The notes beneath the pieces are model-generated. The model saw only the letters and a list, made by a program, of their open reading frames with translations, was not told the DNA's origin and did not search any database. From the NCBI RefSeq assembly GCF_018977255.1, contig NW_024704742.1, forward strand, positions 17,982,001 to 18,046,000: a stretch of DNA of 64,000 nucleotides, in the 5' to 3' direction. The DNA is from Callorhinchus milii (taxonomy: Eukaryota). A program made the translations under genes and the position numbers. How positions within the stretch are numbered: position 1 is the stretch's first letter; each line of letters opens with the position of its first letter. Of this stretch, positions 39,663 to 53,699 are shown one piece after another.

Positions 39663-41178
39663 CTGCGATCAGCTCTCCAATCACTTTGCAAAGCATAAGG
39701 GCAGTCTAATTCAACCAATATTTAGGTCATTGGAAATTAGTTACAGTACAGACCAAAATTACACTGGAATTGAAACATCAATTTGACAGCATTGAATTGG
39801 CACTATCCACGTTGTATAAAAATAGATGAAATCAAGGGCTATCTTTGTAAACTGGTAAAAAAACAATAATTGTTAAAGATTACTATTTTTAGCTAGCAGC
39901 ATCTGATAGATGGATCCCAGTGACTCTTATCAGAAACCTGATGGTGTCACGTTTTAGCCTTAAGATAATTGGTTGCCTTAAAATTTTAGACCCTGCAAAA
40001 TTTTAGAAAATTCAGTCTTACTTTCAAGGTGGGCTTTCCAAAGTTTATTATATGTAGAACTTCACATGACAGGCTTTCAATTTTGGACTGAACCTAATAA
40101 TTTTCTAAAATGCTATGCTTTCTTAAACATTATGACAATGAGGTTAATTTACAGCCACATTAAGACTAATACTCTGGGATTCTGGATTACAGGACCCAAG
40201 CGATCATTCCTATTATCATCTCTTTTATTATCATCAAACATCATGTAACAGAAATGATGAAAATGAACTTGTGCAAGAAATTAGACCTCAGAGGGGAAAA
40301 TATTTCATTAAGTTCTGAGCCAAACAGCCTAGGAAAACTACACGTTCAAGTCCCAAATTTTTGCTGTTACCTGTTCTCAGTTAGGGTACCGGTGGGCGTG
40401 GTATAATTTACCTCAGTGTTCTTGGCCACAAAAAAAAATCAACTGAGGACCCTCTTCTCCTGAAAAGTGCTCATCCCTAGACGTTGAGTGAGGACCATAT
40501 TGGGCTTGGCTGTAATGTCATCCATGATTGATAGCCTCCCAATAATCATTCGCAACATGTGAAGATTTGCCCTTGAACAAGGTATCAAACAGCTGTCAAC
40601 ACCTGCAACATGATTCACTACTTCAGAAAAAGGTGAGAAATTGGGAGAGGAGAAGGGTACAACAGGTTATTGCAACCTAAGGTCATTTGAGGTTCTTTCC
40701 AACAAAAGATCTGGAAAATGACAGCTATTTTCCTAATTAAATGCTGTAGCATCTGAATAATGCAAAACAGGATATGTTTAGACACAATGGAATGCCACAT
40801 ACTAACAACCAATAGAGGTAGTGTATTATTCTTCATCAGAGGGAAAAGAACATTGCAATGTTCACATTTCTTTTCACCATTACAGATTGTATAACAGATT
40901 TGTTTTTAAAAGACTATTAACTTGAGATGATGTTCATTGGATCGTGCTGCAATTCTAAAGGAGGATCATAATTCATTTGAGTGAAAAAATAGTTCTAAGT
41001 CTACTCTGAAACCATAGCCTTGCTCAGTTTCAGTTATTGTTGTTTCACTGTAATAGCAAATGATTAAAGATTACAGGGGAGAAGAATAATATCTCACCAG
41101 GACAGTCCGATTACAACTACACCTGAGATTGAAGGTGTGTGTGTGCAGCTGACTTTCAGTTTCAGCTCAAGTTCAGAG

Positions 41179-43346
41179 AACAACAACAACAACAAGATTA
41201 CATTTGTATAGCGCCTTTCACGTCGGGAGGACGTCCCAAGGTGCTGGACAGTGTACAGCATTTCAGACCCAAGCTGGGGTCGGGGGGGAGAAGGGGGGAG
41301 GGAAAGGGGGGGTGACCAATGGCATGGTCGAAGAGTAGGGTTTTGAGGCGGGACTTGAAGGAGGCTAAGGAGAGGGCGAGGCGGAGTGATTGGGGAATGG
41401 AGTTCCAGAGGTTGGGCAGAGTGGCTGAAGGCTCTCCCACCAATGCTGGGACGGGTGGGTCGGGGGACGTGGAGCAGGCCAGAGCCGGCTGAGCGGAGGG
41501 AGTGAGCGGGTTGGTAGGGGGTTAGGAGGTTACAGAGATACGGTGGGGCGAGACATTGAGGGCTTTTTAAGTGAGGACCAGGATCTTAAACTGGCTCCTC
41601 TGAAGGATAGGGAGCCAATGGAGTCGGGTGAGAGTGGGGGAGATGGGGTCACTGAGTTTGGTGCGGGAGAGGACACGGGCTGCAGAGTTCTGGATTATCT
41701 GCAGCCTGTGGAGGGAGGAGTTGGGAAGGCCGACAAGCAGGGAGTTTGCATAGTCGAGCCTGGAGGTGATGAAGGCACGAACAAGAGTTTCAGCGGCCTG
41801 AGGGGTGAGGTAGTGGCGGAGTCGGGCGACGTTACGGAGGTCATGGAAGGTAGAGAGGGTCATGGCTTGGATGTGGGGAAGAAAAGACAGTTGAGGGTCA
41901 AACAAGACACCGAGGTTCCTGACTGGCTTGGTGAGTTGAAATGAGCAACCATGGAGGTTGATGCTGCCAAAGCCTGAGGTGCAGAGGCGCTGGCGCGAGC
42001 CAATCAGGAGGGCTTCAGTCTTGTTCACATTCAACTGCAGGAAGTTTGCACTCATCCAGGACTTGATGTCCGACAGACAGTCTATCAGGACAGCAGTGGT
42101 CCTGGAGTTGATGGTGGAGGCAGAAACATACAGTTGGGTGTCATCTGCATACATATGGAAGTTGACCCCACATCTGCGGATGATGTCACCAAGGGGGAGC
42201 ATGTAGATATTAAAGAGGAGAGAGCCAAGGACAGAGCTCTGGGGGATGCCAGACATGACAATGCGGGGGCTGGAGGAGAGACCATTAGAGGCAACAAAGT
42301 GGAGATGGTGAGAGAGATAGGAATTGAACCAGGCAAGGGCAGATCCGTGAAGATTAAGTAAGGAGGAGGCGGTGTATGAGGATGGAGTAGTCGACAGTGT
42401 CAAAGGTGGCAGAGAGGTCGAGGAGGAAAAGGAGGCAGAGGGAGCCCTGAACACAGATATTCAGAATGTGATTAGTGACTTTGACCAGGGCTGTTTCCGT
42501 GCTGTGGGCAGTGTGGAAGCCGGATTGGAGGGGTTCAAAGAGGGAATGGCGAGAAAGAAAGGAGAAGAGCTGGGAAGCGACGACTCGTTCCAGGACCATA
42601 GAGAGGAATGGGAGGTTAGAGATGGGGTGGTAGCTGAAGAGCAGGGATGGGTCCAGGGAAGGTTTTTTCAGGATGGGGGTGATGACGGCTGTTTATAGGG
42701 GGGTTGAAACTGAACCGGTTGACAAGGAGAGGTTGATGTCGTCGGACAGGAGAGGGGCCAGTAGGTGGAGCTGGGAGATGAGGAGAGAAGTGGGAATGGG
42801 ATCGAGGGAGCAGGTGGTGGGTTTGAGTTTGCGAATAATTGCGGAGAGGGAGGAGGAAGAGATAGGGTCGAAAGAGTATAGGTGGTGGGTGGGTCATGAG
42901 GGAGAGGTGATGTGGGGGTGGCTGTGGACGGGGCAGAGGTGGCTGAACGCATACCCTTGATTTTGGTTTAGCGGAAATCCAGCATCTCCTCCCAGTTGGA
43001 ATTTGAGGAGAGGATGGGCGAGGCATGGCAAGGGGGATGGAGGAGACGGTTTGTGGTGCAAAAGAGAAGCCGGGGTTTGTCCTTTGCCTCCAAGATAACC
43101 TTGGAGTAGAAGGAGGATTTGGCGGAGGCAAGAGCGCAGCTGTAAATCTTGGTGTGGTGAAGCCAGATCTGCTGATGGACCATTAGTTTGGAAGTGGTCC
43201 AGATGCGTTCAGCAACTCGCACTTGTGCCTTGAGGGAACAGAGATGGCTGGGGTGCCAGGGGGATTTACGGGAGTATGAGGCAGTTCGGGGGTGAGGGAG
43301 GCCAGAATGGAGGAGAGGGAGTTGTGGAGAAAAGAGAGTGAGGAGG
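41179..43346 (-). mobile_element. L2-clade LINE, 5'-truncated, RT region plus 3' end with (GTT)n tail
   Basis: Minus-strand ORFs [57 protein letters not shown]; (AAC)n on + at 41179-41194. Confidence 0.94.
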
Positions 43347-43542
43347 AATGAGAATTACAACTAATGTGCTATACCCCAAAAGATATGCACTAAAATTCAT
43401 TGTGAAACAATGCTTATTCTGTAAAAAAAATGCCAGTACAATGAGAGTGTCTGGATATATACACAATTAAAGTAATTGGAAGATCCAATCATAATGCAAT
43501 GACACAGGTTAGACAATGAATTGATAGTGTTATATGCAGAAT

Positions 43543-43869
43543 GGAGTCCTGTCGCTCAGTGGTTAGAGCACTCGCTTTTGCAAGCGAGAGACCCGAGTTC
43601 AATTCCAGGCAGAGGGCGAAACCTTGGGCAAGTTTCCTTACTCCACAGAGAGCCTAATAATAATCCCTCCAAAACAAAAAAAAACAATAATAAATTGGTC
43701 ATTTTCAATCTACGACTGTTTGTGGGACATTGCTGTGCGCAATTGGCTGCCGCGTTCACCCACAAATATACAGTCAATTCACTTTACAGTGTGTTCTATG
43801 AAGCACTTTGGGACGTCCTCCCGACGTGAAAAGCGCTTTATCAAATGCAAGGATTATTATTATTATTAT
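43543..43869 (+). mobile_element. Full-length tRNA(Ala)-derived SINE with L2-like tail and (TTA)n end
   Basis: Head ggagtcctgtcgctcagtggttagagc...ttgcaa...gagttcaattcc (Pol III A and B boxes); body gctgtgcgcaattggctgccgcg; tail aaatgcaagga(tta)n. Confidence 0.9.
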
Positions 43870-45012
43870 AGAATGAAGTTGGAAGCAAAAAATGAACATT
43901 AAACATCAATTGCAATTAAGAATCAATTGCAATATCATCAGATAACTATTTTACAAACACATTTGGATCAGTATAAATCCAGACTTTGAATGTAAAATAA
44001 CAGAGAAAGTGGAGTTTACATTTGAAGGTAAGAAATAAAGGACCGATATCTAATATTACAATCCACAAATTATATCAAAATAATCTGGCACACTTGCTGT
44101 CCATTAGCCTCTCTTGCTTTAAATTGTTAAAATTGCTAATTATATAACTACCAAAGCACTTACAGATAGTTTCTAACAACTACATGGACATTTTATATTC
44201 TATTTTATTTTAATGTTTAATTAATTAACACACATTTTCTTTTCTTTAATGCTGTAGAGGTATTGAGCTGTGGTACATTCAACAACAACCACAACAACTT
44301 GCATTTATTTAGCGACCTTCATGCGGGGTAGTGTCCCGGAGCTACATTCAGCATGGGAAACTGAGAAGCTTTGAAAGGACAGAGTTGTCCTTTCACCAAC
44401 TAATTGAGATGATGCCAAAACTCTCTTTAAATCACAAAAGTCTAGCTACTACGAAATCCCTTTGCATGTTTTTTTTTCCCCCTGTTGATCACTGGTAAGT
44501 TGTTAATTTTCCTGTTGAGGTACATTTGGTTCATGTGTATTTTGCTCAACTTCTCTAATGCTCAGTGCCTAGTTCTCAGCCTGATATACATGATGTTCTC
44601 TGGAGAAGACACAGCTTAGGTCCCAAGGTGCTTTTTCCATGGCAAGCTGCCACTTTCGCCTTTTCCCCTTGATAATCACGTCCAAATCCTCAATGTCACT
44701 GTCAAACTGGCAATAGTACATTACCTCTTACTCATCACTTCCAGACCTATTTTAAAAGCTAAAATTGTTTTTCTTTCCCTCAGCTGTTCAGGAGTTAGAA
44801 ATAAGATTAAAAATGTTGATTTGGGTGTTTTCATATTTAAGAGCACAACAGAAAAATGCACCACATCAGGAGATGAGCCCGACTATAGTCTAGATGTCAG
44901 GAACCTAAGAGGGTTAGAGAGAACTGGTAATTTAGATCCACAAATCTCTAAAAGAAGCTACAGAGGTAGATAAGGCTATAAAATGCCAATGGGGTCTTGG
45001 GCTTTACAGCCG

Positions 45013-45596
45013 GAACTCTTGTCCCTTTGTGACTTTCCGGTTGGACTTTTCAAATGCCCTCCTCGCTAGTCTCCCCAGTTCTACCATACACAAAATTCAA
45101 TTAATTCAAATCTCCACCATCCGGATACTCACCCGCACAAAATTCCAGATCCCCATCACACCAGTCCTTGCCAGGCTCCACTGGCTTCCAATTCCTGAAT
45201 GGATCGATTTTAAGAATCCTTTCACTCTTTTTCAAATCCCTTCATGCCCTCGCACCTCTCTACCTATCCAATTTGCTTACTCCCCACTCCACTACCCGCT
45301 GCCTCCGCTCGGTCGGCTCTGGCCTCCTGTTCATCCGTCACTCCCTCTGCTTACCATCAGTGGCCGTACTTTCAGTTACTATGCCTGGAAGCTTTGGAAC
45401 TCCCCCTACTCAATCCCTCCACCTTGCCCCCTCCCTCCCAACTTTCAAATCCCGCCTAAAGTCCTTCCTTTTTGATCGTGCTTACGGTCACCTCCCCCTT
45501 CCCTCTCCGCCTGGCTCGGTGTCAGATTAACTACTGTCAAGTGCTCCAGGATGCTACCCTGCATGAAGGGCACTATATAAATGCAAGTTGTTGTTA
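45013..45596 (+). mobile_element. L2 3' fragment inserted inside an older CR1 fragment (~44900-45012 and ~45600-45715)
   Basis: RLDFSNALL...LHWLPI; (gtt) tail; CR1 RT-downstream sequence on both sides. Confidence 0.8.
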
Positions 45597-46069
45597 TATC
45601 CTGAGGGATAGAATATAAAAGTGAGAAGGTGATGTTGAACTTATACAAAAACCTTGGTTAGACCACATTTGGTGTATTGTGTCCAATTCTAGTCTCCACA
45701 CTATAAGGATATAGTGAAACACTGTGGAAAATGTTTCTCTGGAACCAGAGCTCCCATGTCCTCTATTTTCCACATCTACCTTGTGTCTCATAGTTCTTTA
45801 GTTTTAGGATTGCAAAACATACAACAATAAAATACTGCTGCCCCTTCATCCCATCGTTCTCCACGTTCTCTCTCGATGTTGTATGATGTTGCAAATGTAC
45901 ATGATGTCATAAAACTAAAGAGGGCTTTTTGGAACCAAGCATCTTTTACATGTACACATTGCTCAATCTTTTAAATCTTGACAACAGAACTAAAGGAGAT
46001 CACAGTCAACAACAAAAAAAACAAAATCAATTAAAAAAATACACTTTACAGAAGAGGTCAGAAGCGATT

Positions 46070-46410
46070 CAACAACAACAACAAAATTACATTTATAGAG
46101 CGCCTTTGGGGTCGCGGAGCCTGGTGCGCGAGAGTACATGAGCTGCAGAGTTTTGGATGATCTGAAGCTTGTGAAGGGAAGAGTTGGGAAGGCCGATGAG
46201 GAGGGAGTTTCCGTAATCGAGCCTTGAGGGGTGAGGGTTTCGGCAGCCTGCGGGGTGAGGCAGTGGCGGAGTCTGGCAATATTGCGGAGGTGGTGGTAGG
46301 CAGTGCTGGTCATGGCGCGGATATGGGGGTGAAAGGACAGTTCAGGGTCAAATAAGACACCCAGGTTCCTGACTGGCTTAGTGAGGTTGAGTGTGCAGCC
46401 CTGGAGGCTG
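46070..46410 (-). mobile_element. L2 fragment, internally deleted, with tail
   Basis: [21 protein letters not shown]; (aac)n at 46070-46083. Confidence 0.85.
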
Positions 46411-46575
46411 ATTCAAATAAAAGCCCTCTATCTGGTTTACTTAGTGAATTTTCTCTTCAGTTTGGATGACTGCAAATTCCAAATCCAAAAACTAGAAGCA
46501 CACCAGAAGGATCACAATTCATATGTGAAAATTGTGCAGTGCAATTATAGAATGAAAAGAAAAGAAAAAAATTAC

Positions 46576-46719
46576 CTTTGCAGGAGAAACACTTGATGTG
46601 AAAGTATTTGTTTTGAACACGCAAGGCCTCTCCTTTGCAGGACTTCCCACATTTGTGACACAAGACCCCAATCCCAGATGGCTTTGCCAGGGGTTTATGC
46701 ATGGCCAGTTGCTCTGACA
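46576..46719 (-). CDS. ABLIM2: ABLIM2 coding exon (equivalent to human exon 2), start of LIM1
   Basis: Minus strand cttttctttag|TGTCAGAG...TGCAAAG|gtaat; 144 bp, phase 1-1. Encodes (V)SEQLAMHKPLAKPSGIGVLCHKCGKSCKGEALRVQNKYFHIKCFSCK, similar to ABLIM2 ILCNTCGNVCKGEVLRVQDKYFHIKCF as recalled. Confidence 0.93.
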
Positions 46720-49700
46720 CTAAAGAAAAGAAAGAAAAGCAACAAATATTACAATCTCTTTAAACAACTGCATGGGAGGGCAAGAAGAAGAAACGATCCT
46801 GCAACTTTATAGCTCAACGTCTTTCAGGGCACTCACTCTTTATTACCAAGTTATAATATTAAAACTCGAATTTTAATATGGCATCTTTCACATCATGAGG
46901 CTGTCTCAAAGCACTTTACTGAATTTACTGTACAATGCAGTGACTATGTTTTTTATAGACAAAGTTGAGGAATGAAGTGCGTTACTGAGTGCAATAAAAG
47001 ATACAAACACAGTTTAGCTACATATGCTTCATTCAGGACATGCACCACATTGGGTTCACCCATGATTAAACGTGGTCTATTTTAAAATTGCTGTTCTACA
47101 CAGCTGAGAAAGAAAATGAAAATTGACAAATATTTCATGTAACTTTGGCAAGCAAGCTGCAGTATCTGATAATAATCCATTTGCAGTTACCGCAGAGAGA
47201 GAATGAGAGGGCACAAAAGAGAAAAGAGGGTGACCACATGAGTAAGTGTAAGTGAACAAGATGTAGCTCAAAACAAGGGGAAAAAAAGCAGTGAATCAAT
47301 GGTTAAGATATGGATTCATCTTCTGGCCATTGTGTAGGGTGTCAAATAGCCCATTAAAAGGATTATTTCTCCTAAATACAGCTAGCTTCCTGTCATTAAG
47401 GTATGAAATAACTGCAATACTGAGAAAATCTTTTGCACTAACTCAACACACCCAGACGCTGAAAATCTGATGCTCCAATATTCCCATCTTCAATATTTAT
47501 TAAAAAGGTGGAGATCTATGTGTACAACAATGGAACAGCAGCAGATCTCACCATTAGAAGAACTGTTCAAGCCTACATCACTGCTGTCTATCCCTCGGAA
47601 TTAATATGTTTACAAAAAGGGAGGGAAACAAAAAGATTCAACAATCACCCCTCACCCCTACACACACCCTTGGCTCAATTAGTTAAAATATAACACAAAA
47701 TTACATTCAAACTGCACCTTTCACATTGGAGCACATCCCAAGGTACTAGACAGTCTACGGTTTGCACCCGAACTGGGGGTGGGTGGTTGGGGGAAAGATG
47801 CTCAAAAACACAAAGAGGAAGATCTTGAGGTGGACATGACTTTAAAATTAGACAAACCAGATTAGGACCAAGACAAGGTTGAATTCCGTCTGACTGTAGA
47901 TAAGAAGACACTGGAAACGCAGAGCTTGGGCAATCAGTTAAGGTAAAGAATGAGGTAAAGACTCAGTTAAACATTCTGAAGTACAACTACAGGAGTGAGA
48001 GAAGTATAATAATTCTTCCATTTTGATATAGTGCCTGATCATGTTGAAACGTCAGTTTCTTTTATCTGGAGGATGTTACCTAAGGCACCAGGAGAAACTT
48101 TTCTTTTGAAAAATTGATCCCATGGCACTATTATGTTTTTGAATTGAGCCATTCTCTAACTTCACCTGAACAGGCAGACAGGACCTTGTTTGACACCAAA
48201 AAGACAACAGCTCTGATAATGCAGTGCCCTCCGTGGGGCTTAAACCTTCGGACTTGGAGGCAAAAGTGCTACCAAATGAGCCAGACTGATATCGACAAAG
48301 AAGTTCTGTCATAGAACATGGAGTATAATTCACTCTCCTATATCAATCTGCAGGAGGAGGTGATAGCTTTGGCGAACAGCCATCATACAAACAGGCAGAG
48401 TAATTGTCATAACAGCCAAACTACCTGAGGTTGACAGAGGCGTAGGACATAATTAAGTTGAGGTCCGCCACATAGGTTGAAGTCCACCAGGGAGGCTTTA
48501 AATGAGCTCTGCCCCTTGATCTTGTTTCCAGGGGCTGTCCACCATTAAATTGCACAGTCAGCAGCTGTGTTGATCACTGGTGCAATGTGATGTAACGCTG
48601 AAGGGACATCCAGGCAGCCACAGGGATGGACTTGGGACTGAGATGCCTGACTGCTATCAAATTCAAAAGATAAAACTACTCTGACATTTTATTCTTTAGA
48701 TAAATTCCACATAGAGGAGACGCCTCATGCATATGATTTGTGTGAAGCTTCCCTGCAGTATTCGTTTAATGATGTGGATCTGCCTAAAGGCTCCTTTGTA
48801 GTTCATATTAACAACATTAAATATTCAGAGCATTTTCCTTGTGTAAAGTTCTGTAATTATGTAAATGTCCTTATTTTTGAGTTTAGCACAATTTCTTTTA
48901 TTTAAAAGGTTATTCAATCACCATTGTAGAACCAACTGCAACAGAAATATACATTCGCCCACTAATATAGAGTCAATTCACTTTACAGTATATTCTGTGA
49001 AGCGCTTTGAGACGTCTAGAAGATATGAAAAGCGCTAGATCAAATGCAAGGATTATTATTATTTATTACTTTAAAAGAAATTACTGATTTTAAATAAACC
49101 TCAACACATCTGAATGTTCACCATTTTAAAGTCAAGCTGTCAGCCCAAAAAGTGGCATAAATGCAACATTGGGTTGCATTGCCCCATTAATTCTACATAC
49201 TTCTTCGACATGAAAAGTGCTGTATCGAATGTAAGGATTCTTATTACAGTTGTTGCTTAGAGCGAAGGAACAATGTTTCTAAGATTGAATTCCATATCAT
49301 AATACCAGTTGAACTAAATGCTTGTAAGAAAAAGTGACTCACTTGGTCAGTAACTAAAAGCATTTGGCAGAAGCAATGCCAATGTTATTATTTTGACCAA
49401 AATGATCAAAATGTAAAATTCTCATGAAAATAACCTGATAATTGTTTGGCTCAGCCTAAAGAGATACAACAACAACTTGCATTTATACAGGGCCTTTCAC
49501 ATGGGGCAGTGTCTCAAAGCACTTAGAAATAAATTAGTGGCATTTCGTATTAGGTTTGATATGATTATTGAATAGGTTTATAAAATGCTGCTAATTTCAC
49601 CCCTTTGCTGTTTCTCTCTTCTAGTGACAATTCAATGTCGTCGCACTGCTTAAATCTACAAGCGCTGAGAAGCACTGAAATGAGTTATTCCCCATTAATC

Positions 49701-51247
49701 CACTCTGCTGAAGCTTCTTGGACAAGAGAATACATTACTGAATGTAGAGTTTAATAATGGCTACCTAATTCATCAGCAACCATACCCATTACTATTCTGT
49801 AGCATCTATTCGACACCTCAATAAATTGCAACTTTATTTTCTTAATTTAATTGACTCAGTCTTCAAATTCCAATTTTGAAAATTGGAATGTTTTTCCAGT
49901 TTGATGATTGCCAAAATCTCGTCAGGATCCTAAGGTGCTACCCATCAAGTACCGAGTTCAATAAAAACAACAACTTTCATTTATGTAGCGCCCCTTCACA
50001 CGATGTAGCGTCCCGGAGCGCTTCAAATATTCAGTTCAACTACTTTGATCATGATAAACTTTACTCAAATGACAATCTTTCAGTGCTGTAAACCAATGAT
50101 AGTTTTTCATTCTGCAGCTACACAGAATTTATATCTTGTATGAATGCTTTTGTAAATTGGTTAGATGTTTCCTCCCCAATGAATTGCTACTGAAATAATG
50201 GTAGCTAAGGGCAGGAGCTACGCCTGAATATCAGGCCATCTTGTTCTTGACCTTCCGTCCAGGTTCCACACATCGTTTAAACAGTGTTGATCAGTGGAAA
50301 AACAAGTTGCCAAAAAAAGCATGCAGTTTAATGTCATCTTGTGACTTTGCATGATGTTATTGTGCCACAATGACATTACCTCTGCACGTGTTACCAAATG
50401 GAAAAAAATTGTATTGTTCAGCTGCCAGGACAAAGGCTGTTGATAAGGAGGGAAAGAAGAGATGTCTGTCAGAGGATAGGTTTCATCCATCAAGGTAAAT
50501 CAGCATTTTTTCATTACAGTCTCCCCACGGAAGCAAAAATTCAATCCCCAGTAATCCCATAATGTAAAACTGGTTTGAATGTGGTTGAAATCCACTCAGA
50601 CTGATGGAATAGGTCTCTCACTCTGATAGCTGTAAGGTGCTTACTGAAACGAGTTTGTAAAGCCTCAACCTATTTTTTGATGTGCAACAACAAGAAGTTT
50701 TTACTTGTAGAGCTTTTCCACGTAAGGTGGCATCTTGAAGTGCTTTACAGAAACAGAATAGAAACCACAAGCAAAGTAGCAAAAGATGGGGTAGGAGGGT
50801 ATTTGATCAAAGCTGCAAAAGAAGAGGTAGGTTTTGGAAAAGTTTTTAAGGATTTTTGGGAGAGCAAGGTATAATGGCCAAAAGCTTGGCTTCCAATGGT
50901 TTGACGGAGTGGTGGGGATATAGAATGCTTTAAGTTCACAGCACAAAAGAACCCCTAATTCAGCACCAAAATGATGACTTTCCTGAGAGATGCTACAGCA
51001 CTGGCCAGTCTGAGAAGCGAAATAGTTTGCACAGCTGCAGGAAGAGTATTCTGAAGTTGTGGTTAAGAAATACTTTTGAGGCAGATATGCACCAAGTGCT
51101 TCAATGGGTGCCAAAAAGTGATGTCCTTCCAATCCATATAACATTCTCACAACGTGCAGAAAAATTGGAAGAATAATGGCAGACAGAAAAACATGCTGAA
51201 ATTAGATTTATTGAAGTTGATTTATTAGCATTAGTCACATACATATT

Positions 51248-51560
51248 TATAATAATAATATTCCTTGCATTTGATATAGCACTTTTCACATCTTCCAGAT
51301 GTCTCAAAGCACTTAAGAGAATAGACTGTAAAGTGAATTGACTGTATATTTGTGGGCGAAACGCGGCAGCCAATTGTGCACAGCAGTGTCCCACAAACAG
51401 TCGTGGATTGAAATAACCAACTTATTATTGTTTTTGTTTGAGGGATTATTATCAGGCGTGTGGAGTAAGGAAACTTGCCCAAGGTTTCGCCCTGCTGGGA
51501 ATCGAACCCAGGTCTCTTGCTTGCAAAGCGAGTGCTTTAACCACTGAGCTACACGACTCC
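51248..51560 (-). mobile_element. Full-length tRNA(Ala)-derived SINE
   Basis: Reverse complement closely matches 43543-43869; head ggagtcgtgtagctcagtggttaaagc...gggttcgattccc. Confidence 0.9.
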
Positions 51561-51914
51561 AATATTTGAAAAACAATGTTTAAATTGCCTTCTCTTTGTA
51601 AAAGGAATTGCTTCCTCAGCCTTTATATTGTTATATAGTTAGGCAGTTTGGACTAACACAGAATGCCTGCAATAAATATCTTTCCCAACTATTTGCACAG
51701 CCGGGTCAGTTTTGGGATGCTGTCCTTTTTCACCTCCTCAACATCCGGCAGATCTGCATATTGGCTTTACTATTCCTACTGTTCCTAAACTGTCAGCGGG
51801 TCATGTTGCCCATCAGTCTTATTAGTTTCATTTCCAAATCATTCTTAACCACTTTGGTAGCCCATTGTTTTGCCACCGTGATGTTGCAATGTAAATCCAC
51901 AACCTCTTGTGAAT

Positions 51915-52175
51915 TGGTGGTCGGGCATTCAGCATCTCTGCCCCCACACTCTGGAACTCTATCCCGCAATCCCTCCGCCTCATCCATCCTTTCTCTTACC
52001 ACCTTCAAGTCCTGTCTACAGATCTTCCTCTTCGACCTTGCCTTCGGCCACCCTCCCACCCTCACCCACCCTGCCCTCCACCCATCCTGACCCCAAATCG
52101 GGTCCAAAAACCCCTGACTGTCCAACACCCTGGAACGTCTTTATGATGTGAACAGCGCTAGACAAGTGTAATTTC
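51915..52175 (+). mobile_element. L2 3' fragment
   Basis: ctctggaactctatccc...ctcttcgaccttgccttc, similar to 5950-6180. Confidence 0.75.
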
Positions 52176-53678
52176 ATGTTACTCATTCATTTGTAATCAG
52201 ATCTCTTTACTTGAAAACCCCCAAAGAACTGAAATTAATATGGTAATACTAATTGTTGAATTTGATATAGCACCTCTTCATGTTGAAATGTCTTATAGTT
52301 TTCTGTAAAGTGTAATGACTGTGTATTTGTTGGCAAATACTGCAGCTAATTTCCACACGGCAGTGTCCCACAAACAACTATTAAATAAATGACCAATATT
52401 TTACTTAGATTGTTGGTCAGGTCACTGGGAGAAACTCGTTTCTCTTACAGGATCCACCTGAACTGGCAGATGAGACTTTGATTTAACGTTTCATCCAACA
52501 ATGCCACACTCCCCCAGCAAGGTATTGAAGTGTCAGTCTAGAGTACGAGTTCAAGGCTTGATCCCACAAACGTCCGATTCAGAGGCAAGATTGCTATTAA
52601 CTGAGCCAGGCTGACACTACAAAACAAAACCTGTATCACCCGTGAATAAGACTTTACTGCAGTTAGTTTCCGTGCACTTTCCTTTATTTGCTTGAAACTC
52701 TTCATCTGGAAAAATAATTTAACTTTTGGAAATCCACTTGCACTAATTCTCCCTTATTAACAGCTCACCACATCCCCAAATTAGCTCTGCACATGGTTAC
52801 TATTCTCCTCGATGGTACTTGTGGTTCTTAGTCCTTGCTATGAGCATTCCATGACCTCTTCTCAAGGCTACATTGCTCTTCACTCAGCCTGCCAGAAAGC
52901 ATCTCAGCTTTACCATAATAAACTCTTCCCCACCATCCTCCTCCTGTCAGAAACCAACAAAACAGCTTAGAAAAAGAAATGGTTGAGAATGGGACCCAAT
53001 TCTGAATCTTAGATTTGAATCTTTAAGCTGGATGTTCCAAGGAGCTGGTAATTTACTTTAAGCGCTATGGGACGCTACCCGACGTGAAGGGAGCTATATA
53101 AATGCAAATTGTTGTTGTTGCTCACTAGGCACAAGTCATATTCTTAGCAGCTGTTTTATTTAGATAGGTATATCCAATTAGACTTCAGTGTACAAATCTG
53201 TGGCTAACTACTTTACCATAGCACTCTCAACTAGAATATTCCTGCTTTGTACTGATTTGATTTTTCTGTTGACATATTCCCTTGGGTGCTTTACCTCGGT
53301 TGGTTAGTTTCGAATTTTCTTGCACAGCCCTTCCTAATCATTGCTCCCCAGTACTTCCTAATGCCATCTACAAATTTTCTGAATCTGATTAAAAGTCTTC
53401 TATTTTCAATTTTACAAATGAATGTATCCCTCTATAGCCAAAATACATGCACATCACAAGAACACACTTAATTTTAGAATCTGTAAGTAAAGCTTACTGT
53501 TCAGGTCCTATTAATTTGTGCATAACTACTGTTATTGAAATGTGGGCAAACATTCACGGACCACTGTGCGCTTTTTTTTACAGCACTTTTTTTTAAATGA
53601 ATGTGGGTTTTTTTTTGGCAGTTAATTTTTTCCCTCCTTCAATCAGGAAATTGGGACAGCAATTATAGTCCTTCCCAT

Positions 53679-53699
53679 CCCCCCCCCCCCCCCCCCCCC
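53679..53699. repeat. Poly(C) tract
   Basis: About 21 consecutive C. Confidence 0.9.

Noticed and set aside
41567..42454. 295-aa ORF, and the 260-aa ORF at 26273-27055, as host or active RT genes
   Set aside because: They are fragments of L2 and CR1 ORF2 bounded by frameshifts and stops.
43543..43615. tRNA-Ala gene (also at ~37050-37119 and ~51490-51560)
   Set aside because: The tRNA-like heads run directly into a shared SINE body and tail and lack a proper acceptor stem.
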